A stretch of 64,000 bases of DNA from Utricularia gibba. Lineage: Eukaryota > Plantae > Magnoliophyta. Positions 24,244 through 37,280 of this stretch are shown here, piece by piece. The number at the start of each line of letters is the position of its first letter. Within the stretch, counting starts at the first letter, position 1. The DNA is taken from positions 4,712,001-4,776,000 of the forward strand of contig NEEC01000004.1 in the NCBI GenBank assembly GCA_002189035.1, in the 5' to 3' direction. Below the pieces are notes generated by a model. It saw nothing but the letters and a program-made list of their open reading frames with translations. It searched no databases and was not told where the DNA came from. The position numbers and the translations under genes were made by a program.

Positions 24244-27200
24244 ATGGGAAAGAAACAGCACCTGGATTGGACTTCGAAATCCATTATGTCTACTGGGAGT
24301 GAAAGGGTATCGCTGTTGAATAAGCATGTAAGTTTTTGTTCCGTTTTTTGTGCAGTTATTGAGCGATGTGCACTGATTCTCATGTTTGATTGCTATTTTT
24401 TTTTTTTTTTGGTTGTTATAGTTGGTCTGGCTTCTGGGTGTGAAATAGGAAACTGGATATTGATAAACTGTTAATGGAAAAGTAGTTTGGGGTTCCGAGG
24501 TCTTGTGTTGCGCGATGAAAAGCCTACAAGGCATGATTTTCCTGGAGAATGACAAAGAAAAATTATTTCTTGGATGCATCCTAGAACAACAGTTATGATA
24601 GATCTTTTTTGATGATTTAACTCTTCAGGATCGACGTAAGGTTAATGAGGACAGCACAAGCAACGGTGGAACAGAAACAGAAGCAGACCTTGAGGATGGA
24701 GCTGCAGTAGAGGTAGCAGTTTCTTCAAGAAATCAATATCTGAATATTTTAGTTTTTGCTAACAAGGATTCCATTTTGTGTATAACAACCAACTACGTTG
24801 ATGATTCAGCCTGCGAATGTTGGATTTTCTCGGGTAATCCTTTTGGTAAGTGAAGATGAATATGATTTTTCTTCTTGACAGACCATGGGGATCTTTTATC
24901 TCTCATTCTCACTGAAAATTTTTGCTTACTGAACAGGCGAAACCAGATGCAGGGAAGCTGATAGTTGGAACCATTGCGTTGCTTATAGCATCAACAACTA
25001 GTCTTCTCATAGTAGGAGTTTCCTGAAGCTTTGAGTAAAAGCAATATTTCACCCCTTTTAACCTTTTCTCTCTGGCTGTTCTCTTCTCCCTTTCTTGCCA
25101 TAGCCAAGATTCGGCGGTACAGTGATTGATATTGTATCGAGAGAAATAAGGACCCATGATCAGCAGACCCAGGCACTCACTGATATCAGGAACACAGTTT
25201 TAGCCATCTTTTTGATAGTTATGATCGGGTAAAAGTCTCCTTCATTGTATTGACTTTCTTAACTTTCTTCTTGCCTACTGCTAGCTATAGAATTCTCTTG
25301 ATCTTCTCTTTCTTCCAGTTCCTTGTCCACAGCTCTGAGGACGTGGTTGTTTTCTTCAGCTAGTGAAAATGTTGTTGCTCGTTTAAGGAAGGCTTTGTTC
25401 AGTCACCTGATTCAGCAAGTAAGGAATCTTGTACAGGAAAAGTGGCAGGCTCTTGATTTTTGATTCGTCTATGTGTTTATGAGATGGTGTTGTGCAGGAA
25501 ATAGCCTTTTTTGATGTTACTCGCACAGGCGAGTTGCTCAGCCGGCTTTCAGAAGATACTCAAGTTATCAAGAGTGCTGCAACCACTAACCTTTCAGAAG
25601 CCTTGCGCAATGTAACCACTGCCCTCATTGGCATTGGCTTTATGTTTACATCTTCCTGGAAATTAACCTGTGAGTTTTCATGATCCAAGCTCAGCAACAC
25701 AGGATGATAGAGCTCCAGTTTTTTTCCTTTGAAAAGTTGATGGTGAGGCGGTTTTTCTGTGTGAAGAATGCCACCCTCTAAAATACCTCCTTCTCTTTCA
25801 CAGTGCTGGCCTTGGTTGTTGTTCCACTCATCTCAGTCGGTGTCCGCATGTTTGGGCGTTACCTGAAAGAGCTGTCTCATGCAACTCAAGCTGCTGCGGC
25901 TGTAGCAGCATCTATTGCAGAGGTAAGAAGAATCATTGTTCTTCATCTGAATAGAATACCATGCACGAAACAAACATCATTCCATAGGAATCTTTTGGGG
26001 CGATTCGAACGGTGAGATCTTTTGCTCGGGAGCAGAAAGCAGTTGCAGATTACTCAGAAAAGGTTGAAGAGACACTGAAGCTTGGACTTCGACAAGCAGT
26101 GAGTCTCTACATGAGTTTCATTTTTGTCATCATTTACACATTCAACAAGAATGTTCATTGATTTTTCTCCTGTGTGCAGAGAATGATTGGCCTATTTTTT
26201 GGAGGATTAAATGCAGCAACTACTTTATCTGTCATTGTAGTGGTGATATATGGAGCTTACTTGACGATCATGGGCAACCTGACTGCTGGATCACTAACAT
26301 CCTTCATTTTGTATAGTCTTACTGGTGATTATAACCTTCTTGTCCTAGACATTTGCAACTCAAGGACTACCCTTTGACAACAGAAATCACTTCCTGCAGT
26401 TGGATCTTCAATTTCATCATTATCAGGATTATACACTACAGCTATGAAAGCTGCAGGAGCAAGCAGGAGAGTCTTTCAGCTTCTTGATCGTGTATCAACT
26501 ATGCCTAAAGCTGGGGACAAGCGCCCCGTGGGGTGAGTTTACTCCTAGTTCCACATTCACATAATATTTGATCATTCCTTCTATGTGTTGTTATTGGCTC
26601 CACGCAGTGAACCAGATGGAGATGTGGAGCTGAAGGATGTTTGGTTCGCTTATCCCTCTCGCCCGAGTCATATGGTGCTAAAGGTAAACCTTCTGCAATA
26701 TAGTTTAGAATCCAGACACATGGATTCTCAGGAACTAGTGGCTGAAACCACTCCTCTTGCAGGGAATATCACTGAAGCTGAGCCCAGGCTCTAAGGTTGC
26801 TCTTGTTGGTCCAAGCGGTGGAGGAAAGGTATTATCTTCATCTCTTGATTCTCTATCTCTGCTAAGAAACAACCTGGAACTCCTCCATTGAGGGAAAGTA
26901 TTATCTGGTCTACTGATGATACAGACGACGATAGCAAACTTGATTGAACGGTTTTACGATCCACGGAAAGGAAGCATCTTGCTCAATGGAGTTCCGTTGG
27001 TGGAGATTTCTCATGAATACCTCCACAAAAAGGTAATGCAGCTCATGCTCCTGAATAGTCCTTTCCAGTAACCATCTCTGTGGGTGTGTACCACGTAGAT
27101 CAGCATCGTGAGCCAGGAGCCTGTGCTTTTCAACTGTTCTGTGGAAGAGAACATCGCCTACGGATTTGATGGCAACGCCAGCAACTCGCAAATAGAGAAC

Positions 27201-27743
27201 GTAGCAGTAAGTTCAAACCTTGTTGGCATCCCCCTCGAGCTTCCTCACAAGACGAAGTTTCTGACTGCAGAAAATGGCGAATGCCCATGAATTCATAACA
27301 TCGTTCCCGGAGAAGTACAAGACCGTCGTCGGGGAACGTGGATTGAGACTATCAGGAGGACAGAAACAGAGGATAGCAATCGCCAGAGCGCTCCTAATGA
27401 ACCCCAAGGTTCTGTTGCTGGACGAGGCCACAAGCGCTTTAGACGCAGAAAGCGAGTATCTGGTGCAGGTAACCACTCCCATTGCAGCAGAGCTTGTTAC
27501 AAATCCTGGTCCACCTTCTCTGATTGATGAACCCCACAGGACGCCATGGACTCCCTGATGGAGGGCCGGACGGTGCTCGTGATAGCCCACCGGCTTTCCA
27601 CCGTGAAGAGTGCCGACACCGTCGCAGTCATTGCCGACGGCCAGATCGCCGAGAGCGGCACCCACGATGAGCTTCTCAGAGCAGATGGAATCTACACTGC
27701 GCTTGTGAGGAGGCAGCTTCAAGCGCCCCGAGAGGAAGTTTGA
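24244..27743 (+). CDS. ABCB27: ABCB half-transporter, TAP2/ALS1 type, tandem copy A, 17 exons
   Basis: All exons traced in phase. [22 protein letters not shown], Walker A GPSGGGKT, signature [15 protein letters not shown], Walker [12 protein letters not shown] and H-loop IAHRLST are present. Confidence 0.93.
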
Positions 27744-29683
27744 AACAAGATGTATAACTGGAAAAGGAACCAGAATAGAAGCATAACAATATTTTCCAAT
27801 TTTTTTCCATATTAAAATTATTAAAATTATTAAATTAATTAATTAATAGAATTAATAGAATTCAACGTAAAAAAGATAAATTATATTATATTTATTTCGT
27901 TTATTTGAATAAATATGATTTGTTTAAACCTACATATTCTTCTTTTCCCTAATTCCAAATATTTTAATTATTAATATCATATAAAATAATTTTATTATAT
28001 CATTTTAAATAAATTTCAAATAAATTAAATCTTTTTTTATTCTAAACTTATCAACCAAGTATTTCATACATATAAACATTCGATATTCGGTAATTGTTTT
28101 AAAATAAATAATATTCGATACCGAAATTCTCAATTCGAAAAAAGTAACACAATAGCATTTATCCAATCTATCAACTAACAACTACTTCATTTCCATTGAA
28201 AAAAAAAAGTAACAACTACTTTAGATGGAGGCTCATTAATTTGATAGTATAATAAAAAAAACATAATAGATATATATATATAGTTGAATTAGCTGCTCTG
28301 ATAATATATTTTAATTAAAATATCTCCACCGATAGGCCCCACTGGATCAGCGACCCGACACGTGGCATCGGATCCATCACGCAAGCTGGAGGCCACCACC
28401 CCATTTACTAACTACCCTTTCAACTCCAACCAACCAAGAATGAGTCAAGCCGAGTCAACTTGGTCCCAGACGACAATGGGTCCCACTCGTAGCATCAACT
28501 ACTCCCAAAATTTATCTTAGCCAATAAAAATATTTATATTGGAATTAATATCAGATTTTTAAAGCCACACAATTCAAGTGGTTTATTCACTAGTAATATA
28601 TAAATTAATAAAAAATAAAAATAAAAAGATATATTCCTCGGTCAATACACAAATTTGACCGATTCAACGTGTTCAAGAAATCAGTCAACAAGTTCACACC
28701 AAATAACCCAATGAAAAAAAAGTATTATTATTATTATTATTTAAATTCCATTTAAAGCATTCATCAAAAACATGAATTGGTAAGTGTTTTTTTTTTGTAA
28801 TTGCTCCCTAAAATTTGGTTGCTATTGAATCTACTTTTGGTAATAAAATAATTTTATGTTGTGAAGTGACCATTATGTCCTAGTGCACATGTTGCACCTC
28901 TCATGTCAATGTCTGGTTTTACTGTAAAAATCAGGTATTTGACAAAAAAATTATTTGTTTTTAAGGATAAATTAATATTTGAAATTGTCATATCAAAATC
29001 ATTATCTTTCCATAATTAACACTTAATAAATACAAATCAAATGTACTATCTTTAAATATACTTTTTTATTAATACATCAACATGATTTTATTTAATCATT
29101 AATAATATAAACAATACTAGACCAACATTTGGTTTTTAAACGAAAAATGATATGTGATGTGGCACAATTGGTAACTTGTAAATTAGATATTATTTGATAT
29201 TTAAATAATATATTTAATTATAAATTATTTAAACTTAAGTATTTAATTAAAAATAGTCATTTACTAAAGTGGCAACTCTCACACATTCAGCCAAAACTTT
29301 TTAATTGAGTATATCCAATTTTTTTATACACTTCATAAAGGATGGCGAGATTTGTTGTATTTTCCATGATATTTTCAGGTAATTTCCTTACATAGATGAC
29401 GATTTAACCGACATTAGAAAACAGATATTCCCATGAAATGTGGACTGGTGCAACTGTCATCGCCATCCGGGTCCGGGCTGAGGACAATGAGTAAAGGAGC
29501 CGACGCGCCGAGACAACCCGCTCAAACAGTATAAGTTGCCGGGATTCAGCGAAGGAAGCGAAGCTTGCGGTTGTCGCCGACGATATAAGAATCCGGTACG
29601 CCCACCGGCGCCGACTTGAGGGTTACTTGTGAGTGCTTCTGGGTTCAGATTCATCGGCATTCGCTCTGCGCCGGAAAACTGCA

Positions 29684-32600
29684 ATGGGGGTGAAGCAGCA
29701 CCTTGATTTCACATCGAAGGCGATCATGTCCACGGGGAGCGAGATGGTGCTGCTGTCCAAAAAACACGTAATATTTCCGTTTCTTCTGTTGGTGGGCTTT
29801 GTTCAGTTTCTGTGTCTTTTTCTGGATCTGCGATAAAGATTCCAGAATCTTGATTGTCTGCGCGATAAGCAAACAAAGAAAAAAGTCAATGATGGTGTCA
29901 GTCAACAATAGTATCAGTCTCCGTCTTATGCATGATGGTTTGGCTAATGATTTTGAGATAAATTTCCTTTCTTGGATGGTTTACTTCATCAGAAGCGACG
30001 GAAGGTGAACGCCGACGGCGCAAAAACAACCGAGGATCTGGAGCACGGAGCTGGTGTCGAGGTAACATGAGTTCTTCCATACATTCTTTCTTGGCTCGTC
30101 AAGGCCGTAGCTCTTTCGGCATTAACCCATCACTCTGATGGTTGCAGCCTGCGAATGTTGGGTTTTCCCGGGTGATCCTTCTGGTGGGTGATATCGAATC
30201 GGTTATTCAGTTTGATTCACTTTTTTTTTCTCGTCCCACACTGCAAATCCACTCACTCTCTTCTTCTCCGAGAAGGCGAAACCAGATGCAGGGATTCTGA
30301 TAGTCGGCACCGTCGCGCTGCTGATAGCATCCACAACAAGCCTTCTCATAGTAAGGATTCTCCTCAAAAATTGCATTTTTTGCCTAAAGGGGCGCCGGCG
30401 TTTTGACCGTCGCTCCGGCCCATTTCTGCAACAGCCAAAATTCGGCGGCAAGGTGATCGACATCGTATCCAGGGAGATAAAGAGCGAGCAGCAGCGGATC
30501 CGGGCATTGAATGATATCAGGAACACCGTTTTAGCCATCTTCTTAGTGGTCGTAGTCGGGTGAAATTACTATTCACCTCCTTTCCATTTTATTTATTTAT
30601 TTATTTCTGAGCTTTCCCTCTCTTTTCCAGTGCGGTGTCGACCGCCGTTCGGGCATGGCTGTTCGCCTCAGCTAGTGAGAAGGTGGTTGCTCGTCTGAGG
30701 AAGAAGCTGTTCAGTCACCTGATTCAGCAAGTAAGCATTGTTTTTCTTGATTCCTTTTTTTGTTTCTGTGAGTGCGAGAGTTGGCGATGCGCTTGGTTTG
30801 ATCTCTCCGGAATGCAGGAGATAGCCTTTTTCGATGTTACCCGCACCGGTGAGTTGCTCAGCCGTCTTTCAGAGGACACGCAAGTGATCAAGAGTGCGGC
30901 TACGACGAATCTTTCAGAAGCCCTACGCAATGTGACCACTGCCCTAATTGGCATCGGCTTCATGTTCACGTCGTCCTGGAAATTAACGTGTAAGTTTTTG
31001 ATAAGGAAATCATCCAATAGCATGATATGGAAGAATGCTCACGAATACCGTTTCCGATTCCTCAGTGCTCGCTTTGGTTGTCGTTCCGGTCATATCTGTG
31101 GGTGTGGCGAAGTTTGGGCGGTACCTGAAAGACCTTTCTTATGCGACTCAAGCTGCTGCTGCTGTAGCAGCATCAATTGCAGAGGTATGAGGCATCTGTG
31201 TTGATGAAGATCATCTTGAATGAATGCAATGCCATATGAAAATAGATACTGTTGTTACCTAGGAATCCTTCGGGGCGATTCGAACGGTTAGATCCTTTGC
31301 TCGTGAGAAGCAGGCAACAGGGGATTACTCAGAGAAGGTTGACGAGACACTGAAGCTTGGACTTCGACAAGCAGTGAGTTGTCTGCTGGAGTTCCATCTT
31401 TTAGCATCATTGTTCACAGCTTCAGCTACGGTTTTATCATCTCCTTTGGTGCAGAGAATGATTGGCTTGTTCCTCGGAGGATTGAATGCAGCATCCACTT
31501 TATCCGTCATTGTAGTGGTGATATATGGAGCTTACCTGGCAATCATGGGCCACCTGACTGCAGGATCACTCACATCCTTCATTTTGTACAGTCTTACTGG
31601 TGAAGATAACTTTCTTGCTCCCCCTGTTTCAGAACTAGGCCTTTGCATCTCAAGAACCACCTTTTGACAACAAAATCATCTCCTGCAGTTGGAACTTCGA
31701 TTTCATCATTGTCCGGGTCATACACGACAGCCATGAGAGCTGCTGGGGCAAGCAGGAGAGTCTTTCAGCTTCTTGATCGTGTATCAACGATGCGTAAAGA
31801 TGGGGACAAGCACCCGGGAGGGTTAGTCCTTGAGCTTCATTGCTGTAATATCTGATTACGGGTTCTGTATGCTGTTGCTGGTTTTATGCAGTGAACCAGA
31901 TGGAGATGTGGAGTTGAAGGATGTTTGGTTCGCTTATCCCTCTCGCCCGAGTCATATGGTGCTTAAGGTCTCTGAAACTTACATTAGAGTCATGATGCAT
32001 CGATTGTTAGCCAGAAATGGATAAAAACCACTCCTCTTCCTGCAGGGAATATCACTGAAACTCAGACCAGGCTCCAAGGTTGCCCTTGTTGGTCCTAGCG
32101 GTGGAGGAAAGGTGTTATCTCCATATCTTTCTTCTTTATCTCTATTTACATCAACCTGAAACACCTTCAGAGACGAGCTTTAACTTGTCTGCTGATGATA
32201 CAGACGACGATAGCAAATTTGATTGAACGGTTTTACGATCCACTGAAAGGAAACATCTTGCTCAATGGAGTTCCGTTGGTGGAGATTTCTCATGAGTATC
32301 TGCACAAAAAGGTAATGCTGCTGCAATGCACCTCATTCATGAATAGAGACATTCCTTTCAACAGCGAATGTGTAATACGCAGATCACCATAGTGAGCCAA
32401 GAACCTGTTCTCTTCAACTGTTCTCTGGAAGAGAACATCTCCTACGGATTTGATGGCAACGCCAGCGACTCGCAAATAGAGAATGTTGCAGTAAGTTCAT
32501 GTCCCAACCTGTCGTTGAGATTTTTATTTCCAGAAATCCCTTGACAGGCGCATTGTTGAATGCAGAAAATGGCGAATGCTCATGAGTTCATAATGGCGTT

Positions 32601-33034
32601 CCCAGAGAAGTATAAGACGCTCGTCGGCGAACGAGGCTTGAGACTATCAGGAGGGCAAAAACAGAGAATAGCAATTGCCAGAGCACTCCTGATGAACCCC
32701 AAGGTTCTGTTACTGGACGAGGCTACAAGCGCTTTAGATGCAGAAAGCGAGTGCCTGGTGCAAGTAAGCATTCTTCTCAGTCTGAAGAAGGTTATATACT
32801 TCTTGACCTACCCATTGGTGAACCCCACAGGAGGCCATGGACTCCCTGATGCAAGGCAGGACAGTGCTTGTAATAGCACACCGGCTTTCCACCGTGAAGA
32901 GTGCCGACACCGTGGCAGTTATTGCAGATGGCCATATTGCCGAGAGTGGTACACATGATGAGCTTCTAAAAGCGGAGGGCATCTACAGTGCTCTAGTGAG
33001 CAGGCAACTGCAGGCGCCCAAAGACGAAGCCTGA
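29684..33034 (+). CDS. ABCB27: ABCB half-transporter, TAP2/ALS1 type, tandem copy B, 17 exons
   Basis: Same exon/intron structure and motifs as copy A. I found no frameshift. Confidence 0.93.
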
Positions 33035-33149
33035 TGATCATAAACCTAGTGCTACTGCCCAAATATGTGAAAATATGAGGCAAACAAGTGTGTTTGCTAA
33101 GAAACTAATTGAAAAGGCACAACATCATCAGGGATGGAATGGAGAAAAG

Positions 33150-33270
33150 TAATCTGACCGTTTCAAGCATGAATACCTATTGAATGAAATATCAAGCAAA
33201 AAAGCAATCTGACCGTTTCAACGGAAAGCAAAAAAAGCATTGCTTCCAATAGCAAGCAAAAAAAGCAATG
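33150..33270. repeat. Short modular repeats between the convergent ABCB-B and eIF3m stops
   Basis: AATCTGACCGTTTCAA x2 (33151, 33206) and AAGCAAAAAA(A)GCA x3 (~33194, 33226, 33254). Confidence 0.7.
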
Positions 33271-33273
33271 TTC

Positions 33274-35363
33274 TCAACGAATTGCCAATCCTTGAACTCC
33301 TTGATTTCCATCTTCGATTGGCTTATTTGCCTGAATGGTGTCTATTACACTTGCAATGTTGTCCTGAAAAAAAAAAGGAACCAAGATAGAGATTGGCAAT
33401 CGAACAGCTTTGGGAACTTATAAATGGAGAGTTACCCTCCAAGTTGCAAGCTTAGATCGAAGTGACTTCCATTGATTAAGCCCAAAAACCCGGTTCACGC
33501 ACCGGCTGCATGAATGAACATAGGATAATGTCCTAGAGAGTCAAAGCAGCTGGATTTTATATCAAATGTTGAGAGCACATACCCCACGATAATTACTTCA
33601 TTGATTTGATCTATTCTGCAGTCAACTAGCTTTTCTGTGATAGCTTTGACGACCCAAGGCTCTACTTCTTCCTCCTCAATCTAGGAAAGCATGAAATTTT
33701 AAGGAGCACTAAGTAATGTAATGTCTGCCCATAAACATGATAGGATGACAATTTACCTGGAGAGTGTCTTTTATCAGGGAGTAAGCAATTTGGCCGGAAT
33801 CATTTTTGCAAAGATCTACCAAGGAAATCAATCTCATTTTGGCAACGCAATCTTCATGCACAATGCCTGCATGATTGACAGAGAGAAGATAGCCTTTTTA
33901 AAGCACTGAGCCACATGCCTTAAAACAGAAAATGAAGACGAATGAAGTAATACCGTAGGTTTCAAATAAATCAGAATTTGATGAATGAAACTCCAGATAT
34001 GAGTCAAGCCTCCGGGTTAGAAAAATCTTCAGAAGTTGATACAAATGAGCGTAAAGAGTATCATTCTCCAGTTGTGCTACAGCAGGCATATCTAATAAAT
34101 CACCCTGGAAAGATTAATGGATGAAAATTTGATGATACGTTATGAACAAAATACAGAAAGGATATTCTACTAGATTCTATTACCAAACACAAGAATAGAA
34201 AAGCTGAGAACCTTCTCAACACATAGGAATCCACTTAGTGTTGTACCTCAAACATATCAGGGGCCTTGATAAACTCAAGAACAGCATGAACAGCTTCTTC
34301 TTTAGATTCAGACACGATGGAAGAATCCTCAGCAGAAAATGTTTCCAGATACTTGATGAGAAAGTTCAAATAGTCTTTTGTAGGGCTGCTATGCAAAAGT
34401 GGAAAAGGACCACAACATCAGTTGAGTGAAGCATCACTTGAGTCTATTCTACATAAATATCGTGCTTCCCACCTCTTATTCTGTTTCAAGATATTTGCAA
34501 CCGCAAGGTATAAGTCTCTCTGATCCTTAACACTTAGCTTCCACTGCCTCAAGAATGTGTCAAGTTTTTTGAATGAAGGCAAAATATGCTCCGTAGCCTT
34601 CCCACTAACCGCCAGGCTGAGAGCCTTCATATAGACAAAGAATTGGCTATACGGATAGTCCAAGAGGTTGTAGAGGTTGAGCAGACTACAAAAGTTTTTT
34701 TACACGATCGTAAGCAAACCTTACAATCTAGAAGCAAAAATGTTACAGAACAAACCCCCCATTGTCTTACATCTTTAAGCGCAATGCAGGCTTTTCACTA
34801 GGCTGCTGGCTAACTTTTGTGGCTACAAGCTCCGCAATGCTATGCACTTCCTCAACATCCTCAGACTTTTTAACAAGGTTGCAAATAAGAGTGTAAATGC
34901 ATTCAAGATCTGTCATAAAATAGTCACCAACCAAAAATGCTTGCTTATAGAAATATCGATTGATTGCAAGGGCTTAAGCTTAAATCTCAATCGGGAGAAA
35001 ACCCAGAAGGCACCGATAAAAAAAGACACTACCTTTCTCAGAAGCTTTAGAGAAAATTACATCAGCCGAAGCAAGCATCAAGGAAGCCAAATCTAGCCAC
35101 CTATTTTGCACCATACATTCTTGCGCTTCCTGACACAGCCTATTAACCTGCCCTTCAGCCACCTAACCATATCCCAAATAAGTTCCGCGAAAACACAGAA
35201 ATTTAACAAAGATCAAAGGGAAATTCCAATACAATCAAATGATATAAAAAAACCCTGATATTAAATCTACCTCCGCGCCGCCGTCCGCCCAGGACAACTC
35301 TGCAGTGAACCGTACAACAGCGAAGACGGGATCTTCATCGGAAGTCTGAAGAACTATTGCCAT
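33274..35363 (-). CDS. eIF3m: Eukaryotic translation initiation factor 3 subunit M (PCI domain), 10 exons
   Basis: MAIVLQTSDEDP...AEL.WAD, LRLKILLNLYNLL, DLLDMPAVAQLE, VHEDCVAKMRLISLVDL, WVVKAIT.KLVDC and LRSKLATWRDNI. Exons are phase-compatible. Confidence 0.9.
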
Positions 35364-35651
35364 TGTAACGCGCCCACGAAGCTCAAGGGATTAAAAATAA
35401 ATACACACCAAACGCTTCGGAGCGTTCAGTCGGAAGAAGACGATGCTGAAAGAGTAACCCTAATCGCAGGGAAGGCAAAAAGAAAAGCAACAGGGGCAAC
35501 AACGTCATTGTTGATTTATTTTTATTCGAAATTAAAAAAATAATAAGAATATATAAATACCAAACTAGGGTTCCCATTCCGAAATCGTGATTGCCACAAA
35601 CTCCCTGAAACCGCCGCTGCCTCTGCGGAGACTTCCGACGCCGGAATCAAA

Positions 35652-35899
35652 ATGGTACTTCAGTTTCCTAGGTTTTCTTTTACTGTTTTGGTGCTTTTCA
35701 GGCTATGAACGACGACCGATTTGATCAATTATATTGAATTTTTCAGCCGTCGCACAAGACCTTCATGATTAAGAAGAAGCTGGCCAAAAAACAGAGGCAG
35801 AATAGGCCTATTCCTTACTGGATACGGATGCGCACCGGAAACAAGATCCGGTACAACGCCAAGCGCAGACACTGGCGCCGCACCAAGCTTGGATTCTAA
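35652..35899 (+). CDS. RPL39: 60S ribosomal protein L39 (ATG | intron | rest)
   Basis: ATG 35652-35654 and intron 35655-35746 give [51 protein letters not shown]. Head-to-head with eIF3m; telo-box-like TAACCCTAA at ~35455. Confidence 0.96.
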
Positions 35900-36874
35900 G
35901 TCGTCACGGCTTGGATTCCGTACCCTATTTCTGCTTTTCTTTTCACATTCGTAGCATACTCTTGGAATTCTTCATGCTGTGATTTGGAAATGCGCTATAA
36001 GACTTCCTTTTTATTTCAATTCCGGTCTTAATACTGCAAATGTTATCATGTTCCCTGCTATCTGTAGCGAATTATCGGAGAGTACATCGCTCCTAATGCT
36101 GTGCGCAGCCCGTGTCACTGCTGGATGTGTTCATGACCTATTTTTGTTAAACCATCATCTGATACGTACACTTCTTAGGCTGTTTCAATTGGCGCCCCCT
36201 GTATATCCCTCGTGATGTTGGGAGTTCCATTTCCATTGCAGTGTTTAGGTTAGTAACCATATGGTTACACTTGAACGCCCCTACATGTAAATGCTGTGAA
36301 AGGGTGTTATACTTGATTGTGCGTGGTGCTGGGAAGCCTTATCACTAGGAGAGTTAGCAGTTGCTTACATTGATCAGGGGATGTGCCATCAGAATAGGCC
36401 TTAGTTGTTGGCTTTTCCTTAATGAAGATGGCATGGCATGCCTTTTTCTTGAAGGCACCGTAGGGTTCGTGTGCAAGTTTGGTATGGCCAATTGGGTCCG
36501 TGTATTCGCTTTAAGCTCAGAATACCTTGCCTCATGCTAGTCAATTTTTTAGCGAGACGGTTGGAATTCTTCCACCGTTTTTCCTTCGCCTATTTCTTTG
36601 TTGTACAAAAAAAACTTTTTGAATTACCAGTTGAAAGAGATTTACCTAAGGAAAACGCTTTTAACGCTGCCCAATACCCCTCCCTTTTCCAAAAATGTTT
36701 ACGAACACGTTTTTTTGATGCAGAAGTACGTTTTTTTGGAACTGCCATTTAACTTAAAATTAAGAGATTTCTTGTTGATATAGCTGAATGTGAAAGACAT
36801 TTATTATTTAAATTATTAAAACAAAAATAGGTTATTTTCTAATTCATTAGTTGTTTATTTTCTCGATAATATTT

Positions 36875-36914
36875 TTTTTTACTATTAACTATTATTTTTT
36901 ACTATTAACTATTA
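36875..36914. repeat. 2 x 20-nt tandem repeat near the left NUPT boundary
   Basis: TTTTTTACTATTAACTATTA occurs twice in tandem. Confidence 0.6.
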
Positions 36915-37280
36915 AAAGTTGAAAGATATAATAAAATCACATAAAATTTTACTAAACAACTAATATTTTTTTAGTAACGTTGAAAACCTAGAAAAATATC
37001 CTTAATTTTACTTGAATTGTCAAAGTAGATCTAGTAATTAATCGATTTTTTACGGGGGTTTGATTGATTGTAAATTCTTGATTTCAATATCTGATCTATT
37101 TATGCGAAATTCCGAAAGCAATCTAATAAGTCTAACTTAAAATTGAAAAGTTCTAGTTAAGTTAGGACATATATTCATTTTTCATTTGTTAATTTTAGTA
37201 ATTTTTTTTCAAACTAGATAATAGCTAGTGAATCCGAACTAATTAATAAACTAATTAATAAAAGAATTAAAAATTTTTTT

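Noticed and set aside
27213-27722. 169-aa - strand ORF over the ABCB NBD exons (similar ones at 26910-27191 and 32580-32982)
   Set aside because: Well-known antisense shadow ORFs of ABC ATPase coding sequence.
29487-29534. 15-aa uORF (MSKGADAPRQPAQTV) upstream of ABCB copy B
   Set aside because: TATA-like motifs at ~29530 and ~29583 suggest the ATG lies upstream of the TSS; no supporting evidence.
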